A program made the position numbers and the translations under genes. The notes under the pieces were generated by a model that ran no database searches, was not told the origin of the DNA, and saw only the letters and a list, made by a program, of their open reading frames with translations. From an uncultured Actinomyces sp. (GTDB lineage: Bacteria; Actinomycetota; Actinomycetes; S36-B12), in contig CAYGMM010000002.1 in NCBI GenBank assembly GCA_964351035.1, positions 1 to 44,722 of the forward strand: a stretch of DNA of 44,722 nt. The letters are read 5' to 3'. Within the stretch, counting starts at the first letter, position 1. Every line of letters begins with the position of its first letter. This document shows positions 22,071-31,004 of this stretch, one piece after another.

Positions 22071-22082
22071 GGAGTCGACGTT

Positions 22083-22153
22083 GGGAGAAACGGTCGATAA
22101 TCGCCCACGGATGACCCCCCTCGTCCGTTTGTCCCGCTTAGCGGGAGAAACGG
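22083..22153 (+). repeat. REP-like intergenic element: GGGAGAAACGGTCGATAA box plus 13-bp-stem hairpin (CCGTTTGTCCCGC-tta-GCGGGAGAAACGG)
   Basis: It fills the convergent maf/accE spacer. It aligns along ~70 nt with the reverse complement of 32702-32781. Confidence 0.65.
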
Positions 22154-22372
22154 CTAGCGGGGTAGGGAGGAGGCGCGCCAGGCGCCGGGACCGAACCCGA
22201 GCCGTGGCCGCGTCTGTCGCGCGGGCAGCGCCCACAGGCTGCGCGGCTTGCGTGCCGGCGGATCGATACTGGCCCGCAGGCTCGCCACCGCCGCGACGAC
22301 CGCCGCAACCTCGGCCGGTGTCGCTGGGCCGTGGATGACGATGGGGTCGGTTGGCTCCTCGTTGCCGCTCAC
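22154..22372 (-). CDS. Acyl-CoA carboxylase epsilon subunit
   Basis: 72 aa immediately downstream of, and overlapping, the carboxyltransferase gene. [13 protein letters not shown] ... LW ... AWR pattern, as in AccE-type subunits. Confidence 0.7.
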   Translation of the reverse strand: MSGNEEPTDPIVIHGPATPAEVAAVVAAVASLRASIDPPARKPRSLWALPARQTRPRLGFGPGAWRASSLPR

Positions 22373-23952
22373 AGCGGGATGTTCCCGTGCTTCTTGGGCG
22401 GCCGGCTCGCCCGCTTGGTGCGTAGGGCACGCAGCGCGCGCACGATCATCGGCCGGGTCTCCTCAGGCAGGATGACGCGGTCGACGTAGCCGCGCTCGGC
22501 TGCGACGTACGGGTTGGCCAGTGTGGCCTCGTACTCCTCGATTAGGCGCGCCCGCTCAGCCTCGGGATCCTCAGCATTCGCGAGTTCCTGGCGGTACAGG
22601 ATGTTGACCGCGCCTTGCGCGCCCATGACGGCGATCTGCGCGGTCGGCCAGGCGAGGTTGATGTCAGCGCCCAGGTGCTTGGACCCCATCACGTCGTAGG
22701 CGCCGCCGTAGGCCTTGCGGGTAATGACGGTGACGAGCGGCACGGTGGCCTCGGCGTAGGCGTAGATGAGCTTGGCACCGCGGCGGATGATGCCGTCCCA
22801 CTCCTGATCGGTTCCTGGGAGGAAGCCCGGTACGTCGACGAAGGTGAGGACGGGGACGTTGAAGGCATCGCACGTGCGCACGAAGCGAGCGGCCTTCTCC
22901 GAGGCCTCGATGTCGAGCGTGCCGGCGAACTGCATCGGCTGGTTGGCCACCACGCCGACCGGTCGACCCTCCACCCGGCCGAAGCCGCAGATGATGTTGG
23001 GCGCGAAGAGCGGCTGCACCTCGAGGAACTCATCGTCGTCGAGGACGTGCTCGATGACGCGGTGCATGTCGTAGGGCTGGTTGGGTGAGTCCGGGATCAG
23101 GGTGTTCAACTCGCGGTCATGCTCGGTCACCGCGAGGTCGGCCACGACGTCGTACGCCGGAGGCTCATCGAGGTTGTTGCTGGGCAGGTAGGACAACAGT
23201 GCGCGGACGTAGTCGAACGCGTCAGACTCGTCCTCGGCCATGTAGTGCGCGACTCCGGACTTGGTGTTGTGGGTGCGTGCGCCGCCGAGTTCCTCGAACG
23301 GGACATCCTCACCGGTGACGGTCTTGATGACGTCGGGCCCGGTGATGAACATGTGCGATGTCTTGTCGACCATGACAATGAAGTCGGTGATCGCGGGGGA
23401 GTAGACGGCCCCACCGGCGCATGGGCCCATGATCAGCGAGATCTGCGGGATGACGCCGGAGGCCTGGACATTGCGGTTAAAGATCTCGCCGTAGAGGCCG
23501 AGCGAGACGACGCCCTCCTGGATACGCGCGCCGCCGGAGTCATTCAGGCCGATGATGGGGCACCCGGTCTTCAGCGCGAGGTCCATGACCTTGACGATCT
23601 TTTCGCCGAAGACCTCGCCGAGCGAACCGCCAAAGACCGTGAAGTCCTGCGCGAAGACGCACACCGGACGGCCGTCCACCGTGCCGTATCCGGTGATGAC
23701 GCCGTCGCCGTAGGGGCGGCTCTTGTCGAGGCCGAAGTTGTGGGACCGGTGGCGGGTGAGCCCGTCGATCTGCTGGAAGGAGCCGGGATCGAGGAACGCC
23801 TCGATGCGCTCCATGGCCGTAAGTTTGCCCTTGGCGTGCTGCTTGTCGATGGCGGCCTGGCGTCGACCTGCCGCTTCGGTACGCCGGCGGATGAGCTCGT
23901 CAGCCTTCTCGGCGGTCGTATGCGGCGCCTTCGCCGCGGGAGTCGAGGTCAC
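22369..23952 (-). CDS. Acyl-CoA carboxylase beta subunit (carboxyltransferase, AccD5/PccB-like)
   Basis: 527 aa with the carboxyl transferase N and C domains ([29 protein letters not shown]). Confidence 0.95.
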   Translation of the reverse strand: MTSTPAAKAPHTTAEKADELIRRRTEAAGRRQAAIDKQHAKGKLTAMERIEAFLDPGSFQQIDGLTRHRSHNFGLDKSRPYGDGVITGYGTVDGRPVCVFAQDFTVFGGSLGEVFGEKIVKVMDLALKTGCPIIGLNDSGGARIQEGVVSLGLYGEIFNRNVQASGVIPQISLIMGPCAGGAVYSPAITDFIVMVDKTSHMFITGPDVIKTVTGEDVPFEELGGARTHNTKSGVAHYMAEDESDAFDYVRALLSYLPSNNLDEPPAYDVVADLAVTEHDRELNTLIPDSPNQPYDMHRVIEHVLDDDEFLEVQPLFAPNIICGFGRVEGRPVGVVANQPMQFAGTLDIEASEKAARFVRTCDAFNVPVLTFVDVPGFLPGTDQEWDGIIRRGAKLIYAYAEATVPLVTVITRKAYGGAYDVMGSKHLGADINLAWPTAQIAVMGAQGAVNILYRQELANAEDPEAERARLIEEYEATLANPYVAAERGYVDRVILPEETRPMIVRALRALRTKRASRPPKKHGNIPL

Positions 23953-23969
23953 CGTCGTACCTTAGCCGG

Positions 23970-24773
23970 GTGAGCAGCGACCCCGGAGCAGTCTCTGATC
24001 GCCGACCCCTCGGGCAGTTGGGCGCTATCCCGGGATGGGCGCCCTGGCCCGATACGCGGGTCCTCGCGACGACCGGCTCGACGATGGTCGATGTCGAGCA
24101 GTTGGCGGCGCAGGGAGCGCCGGAGGGCACCGTCGTCGTCGCGGAGGAGCAGACGGCCGGACGTGGTCGCCGCGGTCGACACTGGGAGTCCGCGCAGTAC
24201 GCCGGCCTGTGGCTGAGCCTGCTCCTGCGCCCGGAGCGTTCCGCCGACCGAATCGGCTGGCTGCCGCTGGTCGTGGGCGTGGGGGTTGCGCGCGCCCTGC
24301 GCGCGGTGGCCGGCGTCGAGGCGCGCCTGAAGTGGCCCAATGATGTCGTCGTGGTGTCGGACAGTGGGGTGCGCAAAATGGCGGGCCTGCTCGCCGAACG
24401 ACTTGCCGACGGCGCGGTCATCGTCGGTCTGGGGATCAACGTGTCCCAAACCGCCGACGAACTCCCCGCGGGCGGAACCTCGCTGATCATGGAGGGGGCA
24501 CGCGTGCAACGTGAGGACGTGCTTGCCGCAGTGCTCGGTGAGATCGCACGGACCTACCGCTCGTGGGATGACGGAGCGAGCCTCACCCCCGCGTACGCCG
24601 ACCTATCCGCGACGATCGGCGAACGCGTTCGGGTGCAGCGACCGGGCGGCGATGTCGTCGGAATCGCCGGGGAACTCGGCGCAGGCGGGGAACTGATCGT
24701 GACCGACGACAGCGGATGTGAGCATCTGATCACCGCGGGTGATGTGATGCACCTGCGGCCAGTCGACGGGTGA
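23970..24773 (+). CDS. birA: Biotin--[acetyl-CoA-carboxylase] ligase
   Basis: The GRGRRGR(H)W motif and KWPNDV. It lacks an N-terminal HTH (group I type). It is adjacent to the carboxylase genes. Confidence 0.9.
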   Translation: MSSDPGAVSDRRPLGQLGAIPGWAPWPDTRVLATTGSTMVDVEQLAAQGAPEGTVVVAEEQTAGRGRRGRHWESAQYAGLWLSLLLRPERSADRIGWLPLVVGVGVARALRAVAGVEARLKWPNDVVVVSDSGVRKMAGLLAERLADGAVIVGLGINVSQTADELPAGGTSLIMEGARVQREDVLAAVLGEIARTYRSWDDGASLTPAYADLSATIGERVRVQRPGGDVVGIAGELGAGGELIVTDDSGCEHLITAGDVMHLRPVDG

Positions 24774-24847
24774 GACCGGTCCGATCGCGGAGCCATGCGG
24801 TGGGTGGTTCGGCTGACCTCCTCGAAGCGGTGTGCCACGATGCCAGC

Positions 24848-25414
24848 ATGGGGTATCCAACACGGTTGCTGGGCGATGGCGAGATCATCGAATTCGAGAT
24901 GAAGCCGCACTGGCGTGGGCTCATTCTCCCCGTCGTCGAACTCATCCTCACGATCTTCATCGGCACGTGGCTCTACGTCTCGCTGGGCAACTGGTCGTGG
25001 ACCGCGGACGGATTCCTCGAGACGGTGGGCCGGCCGGTCATCATCGGGGTCGGCGCGATCATTTTGATCGTGTGGGTGATCCGACCCTTCATGATCTGGG
25101 CGACGACGCAGTACGTCTTCACCAACCGGCGGATCATCACGCGGGCGGGGGTGATCTCCAAGAAGGGGCGCGACATGCCGCTCGCCAAGGTCAACAACGT
25201 GTCCTTCGAGGTCGGGGTCCTTGGCCGCATCTTGAACTACGGACGCCTGGAGGTCACGTCTGCCAGTGACGAGAATCTCGTCATCGACGACGTCCCGAAC
25301 GTCGAAGTGATTCAGCGCGACGTCTACCGACTCCACGAGGAGGACGACGAGCGGCGACGTCGCCGCAGCATTGACGAAGGTGGCGACCCGGTTCCACCCA
25401 ACGATGGCACCTGA
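24848..25414 (+). CDS. Bacterial PH domain (bPH_2/YdbS-like) membrane protein
   Basis: LLGDGEIIEFEMKPHW, two TM helices, then TNRRIITRAGVISKKGRDMPL. The ORF start at 24770 is probably too far upstream. Confidence 0.75.
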   Translation: MGYPTRLLGDGEIIEFEMKPHWRGLILPVVELILTIFIGTWLYVSLGNWSWTADGFLETVGRPVIIGVGAIILIVWVIRPFMIWATTQYVFTNRRIITRAGVISKKGRDMPLAKVNNVSFEVGVLGRILNYGRLEVTSASDENLVIDDVPNVEVIQRDVYRLHEEDDERRRRRSIDEGGDPVPPNDGT

Positions 25415-26393
25415 TCCCACCGCGGCCCTCGATCGGATCATCCTCGGCGGCGATCCGATCTACACGCGTGCAGACCTGCTGGAACGTTCGGGTGTTCCGG
25501 ACCACCTCGCCCGGACGCTGTGGCGCGCCCTCGGCTTTCCCGACACGGGCGGGGCCCGGGCCTTCACCGAGATGGACCTCCTCGCCCTGCGCACCGTCGG
25601 GCGGCTCGTTGACGAGGGGCTCCTCGACGAGGAGACCGCCGTCGTCATTGCCCGGAGCCTCGGTCAGTCGACGGCACGTCTGGCCGACTGGCAGACCGAG
25701 GCCGTGGGCCGGCTCCTCGCCGACCACGGCGAACTACCCGATGTGGACGCGGGTGTCGACCCGCCCTCCATGGACCTCATCGCGGCTCGAGCCGGCGAAT
25801 TGATCGGGCCGCTGGGCGAACTTCTCGACTACGCCTGGCGACGGCAATTGGTCGCCGTACTCGATCGCCGGTTGGCGCGAGCAGAAGTGGCTGCCGAGGA
25901 GGCCGTTGCCACTGTGGGTTTTGCCGATCTCGTGGGCTTCACCCGGCTGAGTCGCCAACTCGTGGACGCCGACCTCGCGATCCTCGTGGAGTCCTTCGAG
26001 GCCGCGAGTGCGGACGTCGTGGCCGCAACGGGCGCCCAGCTGGTTAAGACCGTCGGAGACGAGATCCTCTTCGTTGCTCCGAACGCGGCTATCGCGGTCG
26101 ACACTGCTCGTCAGCTGCACGACGTGCATCAGCGGCTGCCCGAGGTGCCGCAGGTCCGCATTGGACTGGCCACCGGACACGTGCTGCGTCGCATGGGTGA
26201 TGTCTTCGGCGCCACGGTCAATCTCGCCAGCCGATTGACAGCGTTCGCCCGTCCCGGGATGACGCTGGTAGACGCGGCGACAGCCGCGGAGGTCGACAAT
26301 CTGCCGGGCGTTCGACTTCGCCAGCAGGCACCCCGACGGGTGCGCGGCGTCGGCATCGTCCGCGCGTTCGAGTTGATCAAAGCGCAGGGTTGA
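25404..26393 (+). CDS. Class III adenylate/guanylate cyclase domain protein with N-terminal HTH-like domain
   Basis: The cyclase core reads TVGFADLVGFT, LVKTVGDEILFV and GDVFGATVNLASRL. An alternative start lies at 25371. Either start overlaps the upstream gene. Confidence 0.85.
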   Translation: MAPDPTAALDRIILGGDPIYTRADLLERSGVPDHLARTLWRALGFPDTGGARAFTEMDLLALRTVGRLVDEGLLDEETAVVIARSLGQSTARLADWQTEAVGRLLADHGELPDVDAGVDPPSMDLIAARAGELIGPLGELLDYAWRRQLVAVLDRRLARAEVAAEEAVATVGFADLVGFTRLSRQLVDADLAILVESFEAASADVVAATGAQLVKTVGDEILFVAPNAAIAVDTARQLHDVHQRLPEVPQVRIGLATGHVLRRMGDVFGATVNLASRLTAFARPGMTLVDAATAAEVDNLPGVRLRQQAPRRVRGVGIVRAFELIKAQG

Positions 26394-26406
26394 TCGAAGC
26401 GGTGTC

Positions 26407-26964
26407 TTAGATCGGCGTGACGGCGTCGCGCTCGGCGAGCTCGCGGTCGGCCTCGTCATCGGGGATCGCCGGGAAGACCCACTTGCGGTAGGACCAGAAG
26501 CGGAACAGGGTCCCGAGCGCGAGGCCGACGACGTTGGCGCTGATGTTGTCGGCGAGGACGCTGTCGAGCCCCAGCGCGTAGTGGCTGAACCACAGGCAGG
26601 ACAGCGCGATCATCATCGCGATGCCGTTCAGCGCGAAGAACAGGAGATACTCGCGACCCATATGCGTGCGTCCGCGGTGGCGGAAGGTCCAGAAGCGATT
26701 GCCGAAGTAGGCGAAGGTGGTCGCCACGATGACGCTGATCGCCTTGGCCGTGAGCGGCTTGTCATTGAGCGGGCCCTCACCGCCGGCGAACATCAAGATG
26801 TTGAACAGGCCGACGTCGATGACGAAGGCCGAGAGCCCCACGACACCGAACTTCGCGATCTCGCGCATGAGGACGCTCAGCGAGGAGCGCACCCGGTCGA
26901 GCCACGATGCGCGTGCCCCAGAGTCTGTGGGCACCATGGAGCCGCTAAGACGTTCCTGGGACAT
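26407..26964 (-). CDS. GtrA family membrane protein
   Basis: FGVVGLSAFVIDVGLFNIL, FWTFR and RFWSYRKWVF. The ATG at 26964 was chosen because the longer ORF to 27411 overlaps purK. Confidence 0.85.
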   Translation of the reverse strand: MSQERLSGSMVPTDSGARASWLDRVRSSLSVLMREIAKFGVVGLSAFVIDVGLFNILMFAGGEGPLNDKPLTAKAISVIVATTFAYFGNRFWTFRHRGRTHMGREYLLFFALNGIAMMIALSCLWFSHYALGLDSVLADNISANVVGLALGTLFRFWSYRKWVFPAIPDDEADRELAERDAVTPI

Positions 26965-27033
26965 AGCCGGAATGGTAGCCCGATCCGGTGGGAGGTCGCG
27001 CCCTCCCGAGCGGCCCACGAGTAGGGTCGCGCT

Positions 27034-28206
27034 GTGAATCCGGTCACGGGTGCCCCGCGCGTGGGTCTTGTCGGAGGCGGACAACTCGCCCGAATGACCG
27101 CGGCTCCGGCGGCTGCCCTCGGGGTGGAACTCCGTCTGCTCGCCACGGATCGGGGCGAATCGGCCGCCCAGGTCATTCCCGATGTGGTCCTCGGCAGCCA
27201 CACCGACCTTGCGGCACTCACTGAACTGGCGGATGGCTGCTCGGTCATCACCTTCGATCACGAGCATGTGCCTCCCGTGCACCTGCAGGCCCTCGAGGCG
27301 GCTGGGATCGGAGTACAGCCGAGCAGTGCGGCCCTGGTGCACGCGCAGGACAAGATCACGATGCGCGAGGCGGTGGAAGCGGCGGGACTGCCGACGCCGG
27401 CGTGGCGCCATGATTTCGACGTTGCCGATCTGGCTGAGGTGGGCACGGCGCTCGGCTGGCCCCTGGTGCTGAAGGTGTCGCGTGGCGGCTACGACGGCCG
27501 CGGGGTGTGGGTTGTCGACGATGAGACACAGGCGCGCACGGTCATGGAGTCGACCGAACTCGTTCCGGGTGCGGCCTGGCTGGCCGAGGAACTCGTGCCC
27601 TTCACCCGCGAACTCGCCGCGCAGGTCGCGCGTTCACCGTCCGGCCAGGCCGTCGCCTATCCGGTGGTGCGCACCGTGCAGGTGGACGGTATGTGCTCGG
27701 AGGTCGTTGCCCCCTGCCCGGATCTGCCCGAGGACAAGGCGCTGGAGGCGCAGGAGATCGGCCTGCGTGTGGCCGAGGCACTGGGTGTCACCGGAATGCT
27801 GGCGGTCGAGCTCTTCGATGCGCCGCAGGGTCTGCTCATCAATGAACTTGCGATGCGCCCGCATAACTCCGGGCACTGGACGATCGACGGAGCCGTGACC
27901 AGTCAGTTTGAGAACCACTTGCGCGCGGTCCTTGATCTCCCGCTCGGCGACCCCCGCTCGACCGCGCCCTGGTCGGTCATGGTCAATGTGGTCGGGCCCC
28001 GCGAGATCGAAGGATTGCCGCCGCTGACCGATGCCTTCCGTCACGTGATGGCACGCGACCCGGGGGTACATGTGCATCTATACGGCAAATCTCTGCGCCC
28101 CGGCCGCAAACTAGGTCACGTGACCGTTGTTTCCCACGATCTCGACGACGCCCTCTCCCGGGCACATCACGCCGCGGACTACCTCATGGGAGTGATCGAT
28201 GAGTGA
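27034..28206 (+). CDS. purK: 5-(carboxyamino)imidazole ribonucleotide synthase
   Basis: [12 protein letters not shown], an ATP-grasp fold, [14 protein letters not shown] and [15 protein letters not shown]. Confidence 0.95.
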   Translation: MNPVTGAPRVGLVGGGQLARMTAAPAAALGVELRLLATDRGESAAQVIPDVVLGSHTDLAALTELADGCSVITFDHEHVPPVHLQALEAAGIGVQPSSAALVHAQDKITMREAVEAAGLPTPAWRHDFDVADLAEVGTALGWPLVLKVSRGGYDGRGVWVVDDETQARTVMESTELVPGAAWLAEELVPFTRELAAQVARSPSGQAVAYPVVRTVQVDGMCSEVVAPCPDLPEDKALEAQEIGLRVAEALGVTGMLAVELFDAPQGLLINELAMRPHNSGHWTIDGAVTSQFENHLRAVLDLPLGDPRSTAPWSVMVNVVGPREIEGLPPLTDAFRHVMARDPGVHVHLYGKSLRPGRKLGHVTVVSHDLDDALSRAHHAADYLMGVIDE

Positions 28207-28696
28207 AGCACCGAAGGTCGGAATCATCATGGGCAGTGACTCGGACTGGCCGACGATGGAGGCTGCTGCTGCGGCGCTGCAGGAGTTCGGTGTGCCCTAC
28301 GAGGCTGACGTTGTCTCCGCGCACCGCATGCCCCGGGAGATGCTCGCGTACGCCGAGTCCGCTGCCGACCGCGGACTCCAGGTCATCATCGCCGGCGCGG
28401 GGGGCGCGGCCCATCTGCCGGGGATGGTCGCGTCGCTGACGCCGCTGCCGGTGATCGGCGTACCGATTCCACTCACCTATCTCGACGGCATGGACTCGCT
28501 GCTGTCCATCGTGCAGATGCCCGCCGGCGTGCCGGTGGCCACGGTGGCGGTGGGCAATGCGCGCAACGCGGGGCTGCTCGCCGTGCGGATCCTGGCCGCT
28601 TCGGATGCTGAACTGCGCGAGGCCATGGTCGAGTTCCAGGAGGGGCTCAAGCGCGCCGCGAAGGAGAAGGGTGCCAAGGTCCGCGCGCATGAGTAG
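28199..28696 (+). CDS. purE: 5-(carboxyamino)imidazole ribonucleotide mutase
   Basis: [15 protein letters not shown] and [10 protein letters not shown] motifs. Confidence 0.97.
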   Translation: MSEAPKVGIIMGSDSDWPTMEAAAAALQEFGVPYEADVVSAHRMPREMLAYAESAADRGLQVIIAGAGGAAHLPGMVASLTPLPVIGVPIPLTYLDGMDSLLSIVQMPAGVPVATVAVGNARNAGLLAVRILAASDAELREAMVEFQEGLKRAAKEKGAKVRAHE

Positions 28697-29114
28697 TCGT
28701 GATGCGCGCCGGTACGGCGACTCCGCCACGGTGCAGCGAGTTCTCAACGATTCACACCTGTGGTTTGTCGTCGGGCTCGGCAATAACCCCGATCGTGATG
28801 CCTATGGCATTGCGCGACTGCTGCAGTCACGCGGCAAACGCATTGTGCCGATCTATCCCCGCGCCGAGGTCGTGCACGGCGAGCAGGGCTACGCGACCAT
28901 CGCGGAGGCAGCTGCTGCGGTGGGGGTGCCGGACGTCGTTGACATGTTCGTGCGCGCCGATCGGGTGGGGTCGTTCGTCGACGAGGCCATCGCGGTGGGT
29001 GCCAAGGCGGTGTGGCTGCAACTCGGCGTGATTGATGAAGCGGCCGCGCAACGGGCTCTTGACGCCGGCCTCGATGTGGTGATGGACAACTGCCCGGCGA
29101 TTGCCTGGCGCTAG
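28689..29114 (+). CDS. CoA-binding domain protein (YccU/YneT-like)
   Basis: The ATG at 28689 overlaps the purE stop. Motifs [29 protein letters not shown] and VWLQLG. Confidence 0.85.
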   Translation: MSSRDARRYGDSATVQRVLNDSHLWFVVGLGNNPDRDAYGIARLLQSRGKRIVPIYPRAEVVHGEQGYATIAEAAAAVGVPDVVDMFVRADRVGSFVDEAIAVGAKAVWLQLGVIDEAAAQRALDAGLDVVMDNCPAIAWR

Positions 29115-29222
29115 TCGACGGCAGTGCGAGGTGTCGCTCGGCACGGACAAGCCAGCCGGACCACTATCCCGCCACAAAACCACGGAATCGAGGTCGAAAA
29201 GCGGGGTTTTCCGGCGGGGTAG
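29047..29222 (+). repeat. Direct repeat copy 1 (176 bp, identical to 29411-29586); includes the last 68 nt of the CoA-binding gene
   Basis: Base-by-base comparison by eye found no mismatch. The offset between copies is 364 bp. Confidence 0.95.
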
Positions 29223-29410
29223 CGGTTACCTGGTGGTCGATCCAGTCTTGGTAGCGCTGTGCGAGTTCGACCTCGTGGTTGAGGTCCGCGGGGTTGTGCG
29301 CTGAGAGTGCGGAATATCGGCCTTCTGAGCGCACAATGTCGAGCGGTAGCGGGGTTGCCCACCAACGACACCCGTCCCAGGCTTTCGCCCTAGGCAGATG
29401 CCTTCCGCCA
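29223..29410 (-). other. 188-bp unique insert between the direct repeats; possible relic of a recombinase gene 3' end; contains a 13-bp imperfect inverted repeat
   Basis: The minus frame reads ...LDIVRSEGRYSALSAHNPADLNHEVELAQRYQDWIDHQ... There is no start codon and no intact domain. The inverted-repeat arms are at 29294-29306 and 29324-29336 (12/13 paired). Confidence 0.25.
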
Positions 29411-29586
29411 CGCAACGGGCTCTTGACGCCGGCCTCGATGTGGTGATGGACAACTGCCCGGCGATTGCCTGGCGCTAGTCGACGGCAGTGCGAGGTGTCG
29501 CTCGGCACGGACAAGCCAGCCGGACCACTATCCCGCCACAAAACCACGGAATCGAGGTCGAAAAGCGGGGTTTTCCGGCGGGGTAG
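29411..29586 (+). repeat. Direct repeat copy 2 (orphan duplicate of gene 3' end plus downstream 108 nt)
   Basis: Identical to 29047-29222. Confidence 0.95.
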
Positions 29587-29605
29587 TGCTGTGTGACTGC
29601 TCGCG

Positions 29606-30907
29606 CTAGGCCGAGGGCCGGCCAAGGCCGCGGTAGGTCCAGCCGGCGGCGCGCCAGCGGGCCGGGTCCAGTGCGTTGCGGGCGTCGATGACGTGCCGAT
29701 CGGTCACGACCTCGCCGACGGCTCCCGGGTCGATGTCGACGTAGTCGCGCCATTCGGTGAGCAGGAGCAGCACGTCGGCGCCGCGGGCGGCATCGAGTGC
29801 GGTGTCGGCGTAGGCGAGATGGGGGAAGAGCTCGCGGGCGTTGTCCATCGCGCGCGGGTCGTGCACGGTGACGTCGGCACCCTCGGTGTGCAGCGCGGCC
29901 GCGACGTGCAGGGCGGGGGAGTCGCGAACGTCGTCGCTGTCGGGTTTGAACGCCGCGCCCCACACGGCGACCCGCTTGTCGCGGAACCGGCCACCGACGG
30001 CCTCGCGGGCCATGTCGACGGTGCGCCGCCGGCGCCGCTGGTTGATCTCATCGACCTCGCGCAGGAAGGTCAGCGCCTGGTCGACACCGAGTTCACCGGC
30101 ACGCGCCATGAACGCGCGAATGTCCTTGGGCAGGCAGCCACCGCCAAAGCCCAGTCCGGCACGCAGGAACGACGACCCGATACGCGGGTCCATCCCGATC
30201 GCCTCGGCCAGCATGGTGACGTCAGCACCGGTTGCCTCGCACACCTCCGACATCGCATTGATGAAGGAGATCTTGGTGGCCAGGAACGCATTGGCCGACA
30301 CCTTCACCAACTCCGCGGTAGCGAAATCGGTGACCAGCATAGGCACGCCCTCATCGAGCATGGATTGATAGACCGTGCGCAGCGTCTGCTCGTCCTCGAC
30401 TGACTCCACACCGATCACGAGCCGGTCCGGATGCAACGTGTCCTGGACCGCATGGCCCTCGCGCAAGAACTCCGGATTCCACGCCACATGCGCACCGGAC
30501 TCGGCGAAGCGGTCACGCATCTGCGCGGCCGTGCCCACCGGCACGGTGGACTTGCCCACGACCAGCGAGCCCGCTGCGGCGTACGGGGCCAGAGCAGTCA
30601 CGGCACCCCAGACCTGACCCATGTCCGCGGCGTAGGAACTCGCTCGCTGGGGGGTGCCCACGCAGATGAAGTGCACGTCGGCGTCGGCCGCCGCCGACAT
30701 GTCCGTGGTGAAGGTCAATCGACCCGATGCGAGGGCCTCCTGCAGCACCTCGGGCAGTCCGGGCTCAAAGAACGGCACCTCGCCCGACGCTAGAGCGGCG
30801 ATCTTGGCCGGGTCCGCGTCAATACCGACCACCTCATGGCCCAGATGCGCCATGCACGCCGCATGGGTCGCCCCCAGATAGCCGGTGCCGATCACGCTCA
30901 TCCGCAT
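29606..30907 (-). CDS. UDP-glucose 6-dehydrogenase (UDP-glucose/GDP-mannose dehydrogenase family)
   Basis: MSVIGTGYLGATHAA Rossmann N-terminus, GFGGGCLPKD carrying the catalytic Cys, and a C-terminal UDP-binding domain. Confidence 0.93.
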   Translation of the reverse strand: MRMSVIGTGYLGATHAACMAHLGHEVVGIDADPAKIAALASGEVPFFEPGLPEVLQEALASGRLTFTTDMSAAADADVHFICVGTPQRASSYAADMGQVWGAVTALAPYAAAGSLVVGKSTVPVGTAAQMRDRFAESGAHVAWNPEFLREGHAVQDTLHPDRLVIGVESVEDEQTLRTVYQSMLDEGVPMLVTDFATAELVKVSANAFLATKISFINAMSEVCEATGADVTMLAEAIGMDPRIGSSFLRAGLGFGGGCLPKDIRAFMARAGELGVDQALTFLREVDEINQRRRRRTVDMAREAVGGRFRDKRVAVWGAAFKPDSDDVRDSPALHVAAALHTEGADVTVHDPRAMDNARELFPHLAYADTALDAARGADVLLLLTEWRDYVDIDPGAVGEVVTDRHVIDARNALDPARWRAAGWTYRGLGRPSA

Positions 30908-30949
30908 GCATCGAGCCTAGGGGAGCAGGGGCGTAGGCTCGGGGGCACT

Positions 30950-30984
30950 CCCACTTCGGTGGGTCGTATACCCGCTTCGGCGGG
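30950..30984. promoter_or_regulatory. Two 14-bp palindromes CCCACTTCGGTGGG and CCCGCTTCGGCGGG, centres 21 bp apart, in the divergent udg / acyl-CoA dehydrogenase spacer
   Basis: Read directly, at 30950-30963 and 30971-30984. As RNA, each would form a 5-bp stem with a UUCG loop. Confidence 0.35.
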
Positions 30985-31004
30985 ACGGTGGCGAGGGAGG
31001 AACT

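Noticed and set aside
29398-29475. 25-codon mini-ORF ([26 protein letters not shown]) created at the second repeat copy.
   Set aside because: It is a by-product of the duplication of the CoA-binding gene tail. It has no RBS and no independent evidence. The minus-strand ORFs 29111-29371, 29164-29625 and 29475-29963 are likewise repeat-generated artefacts.
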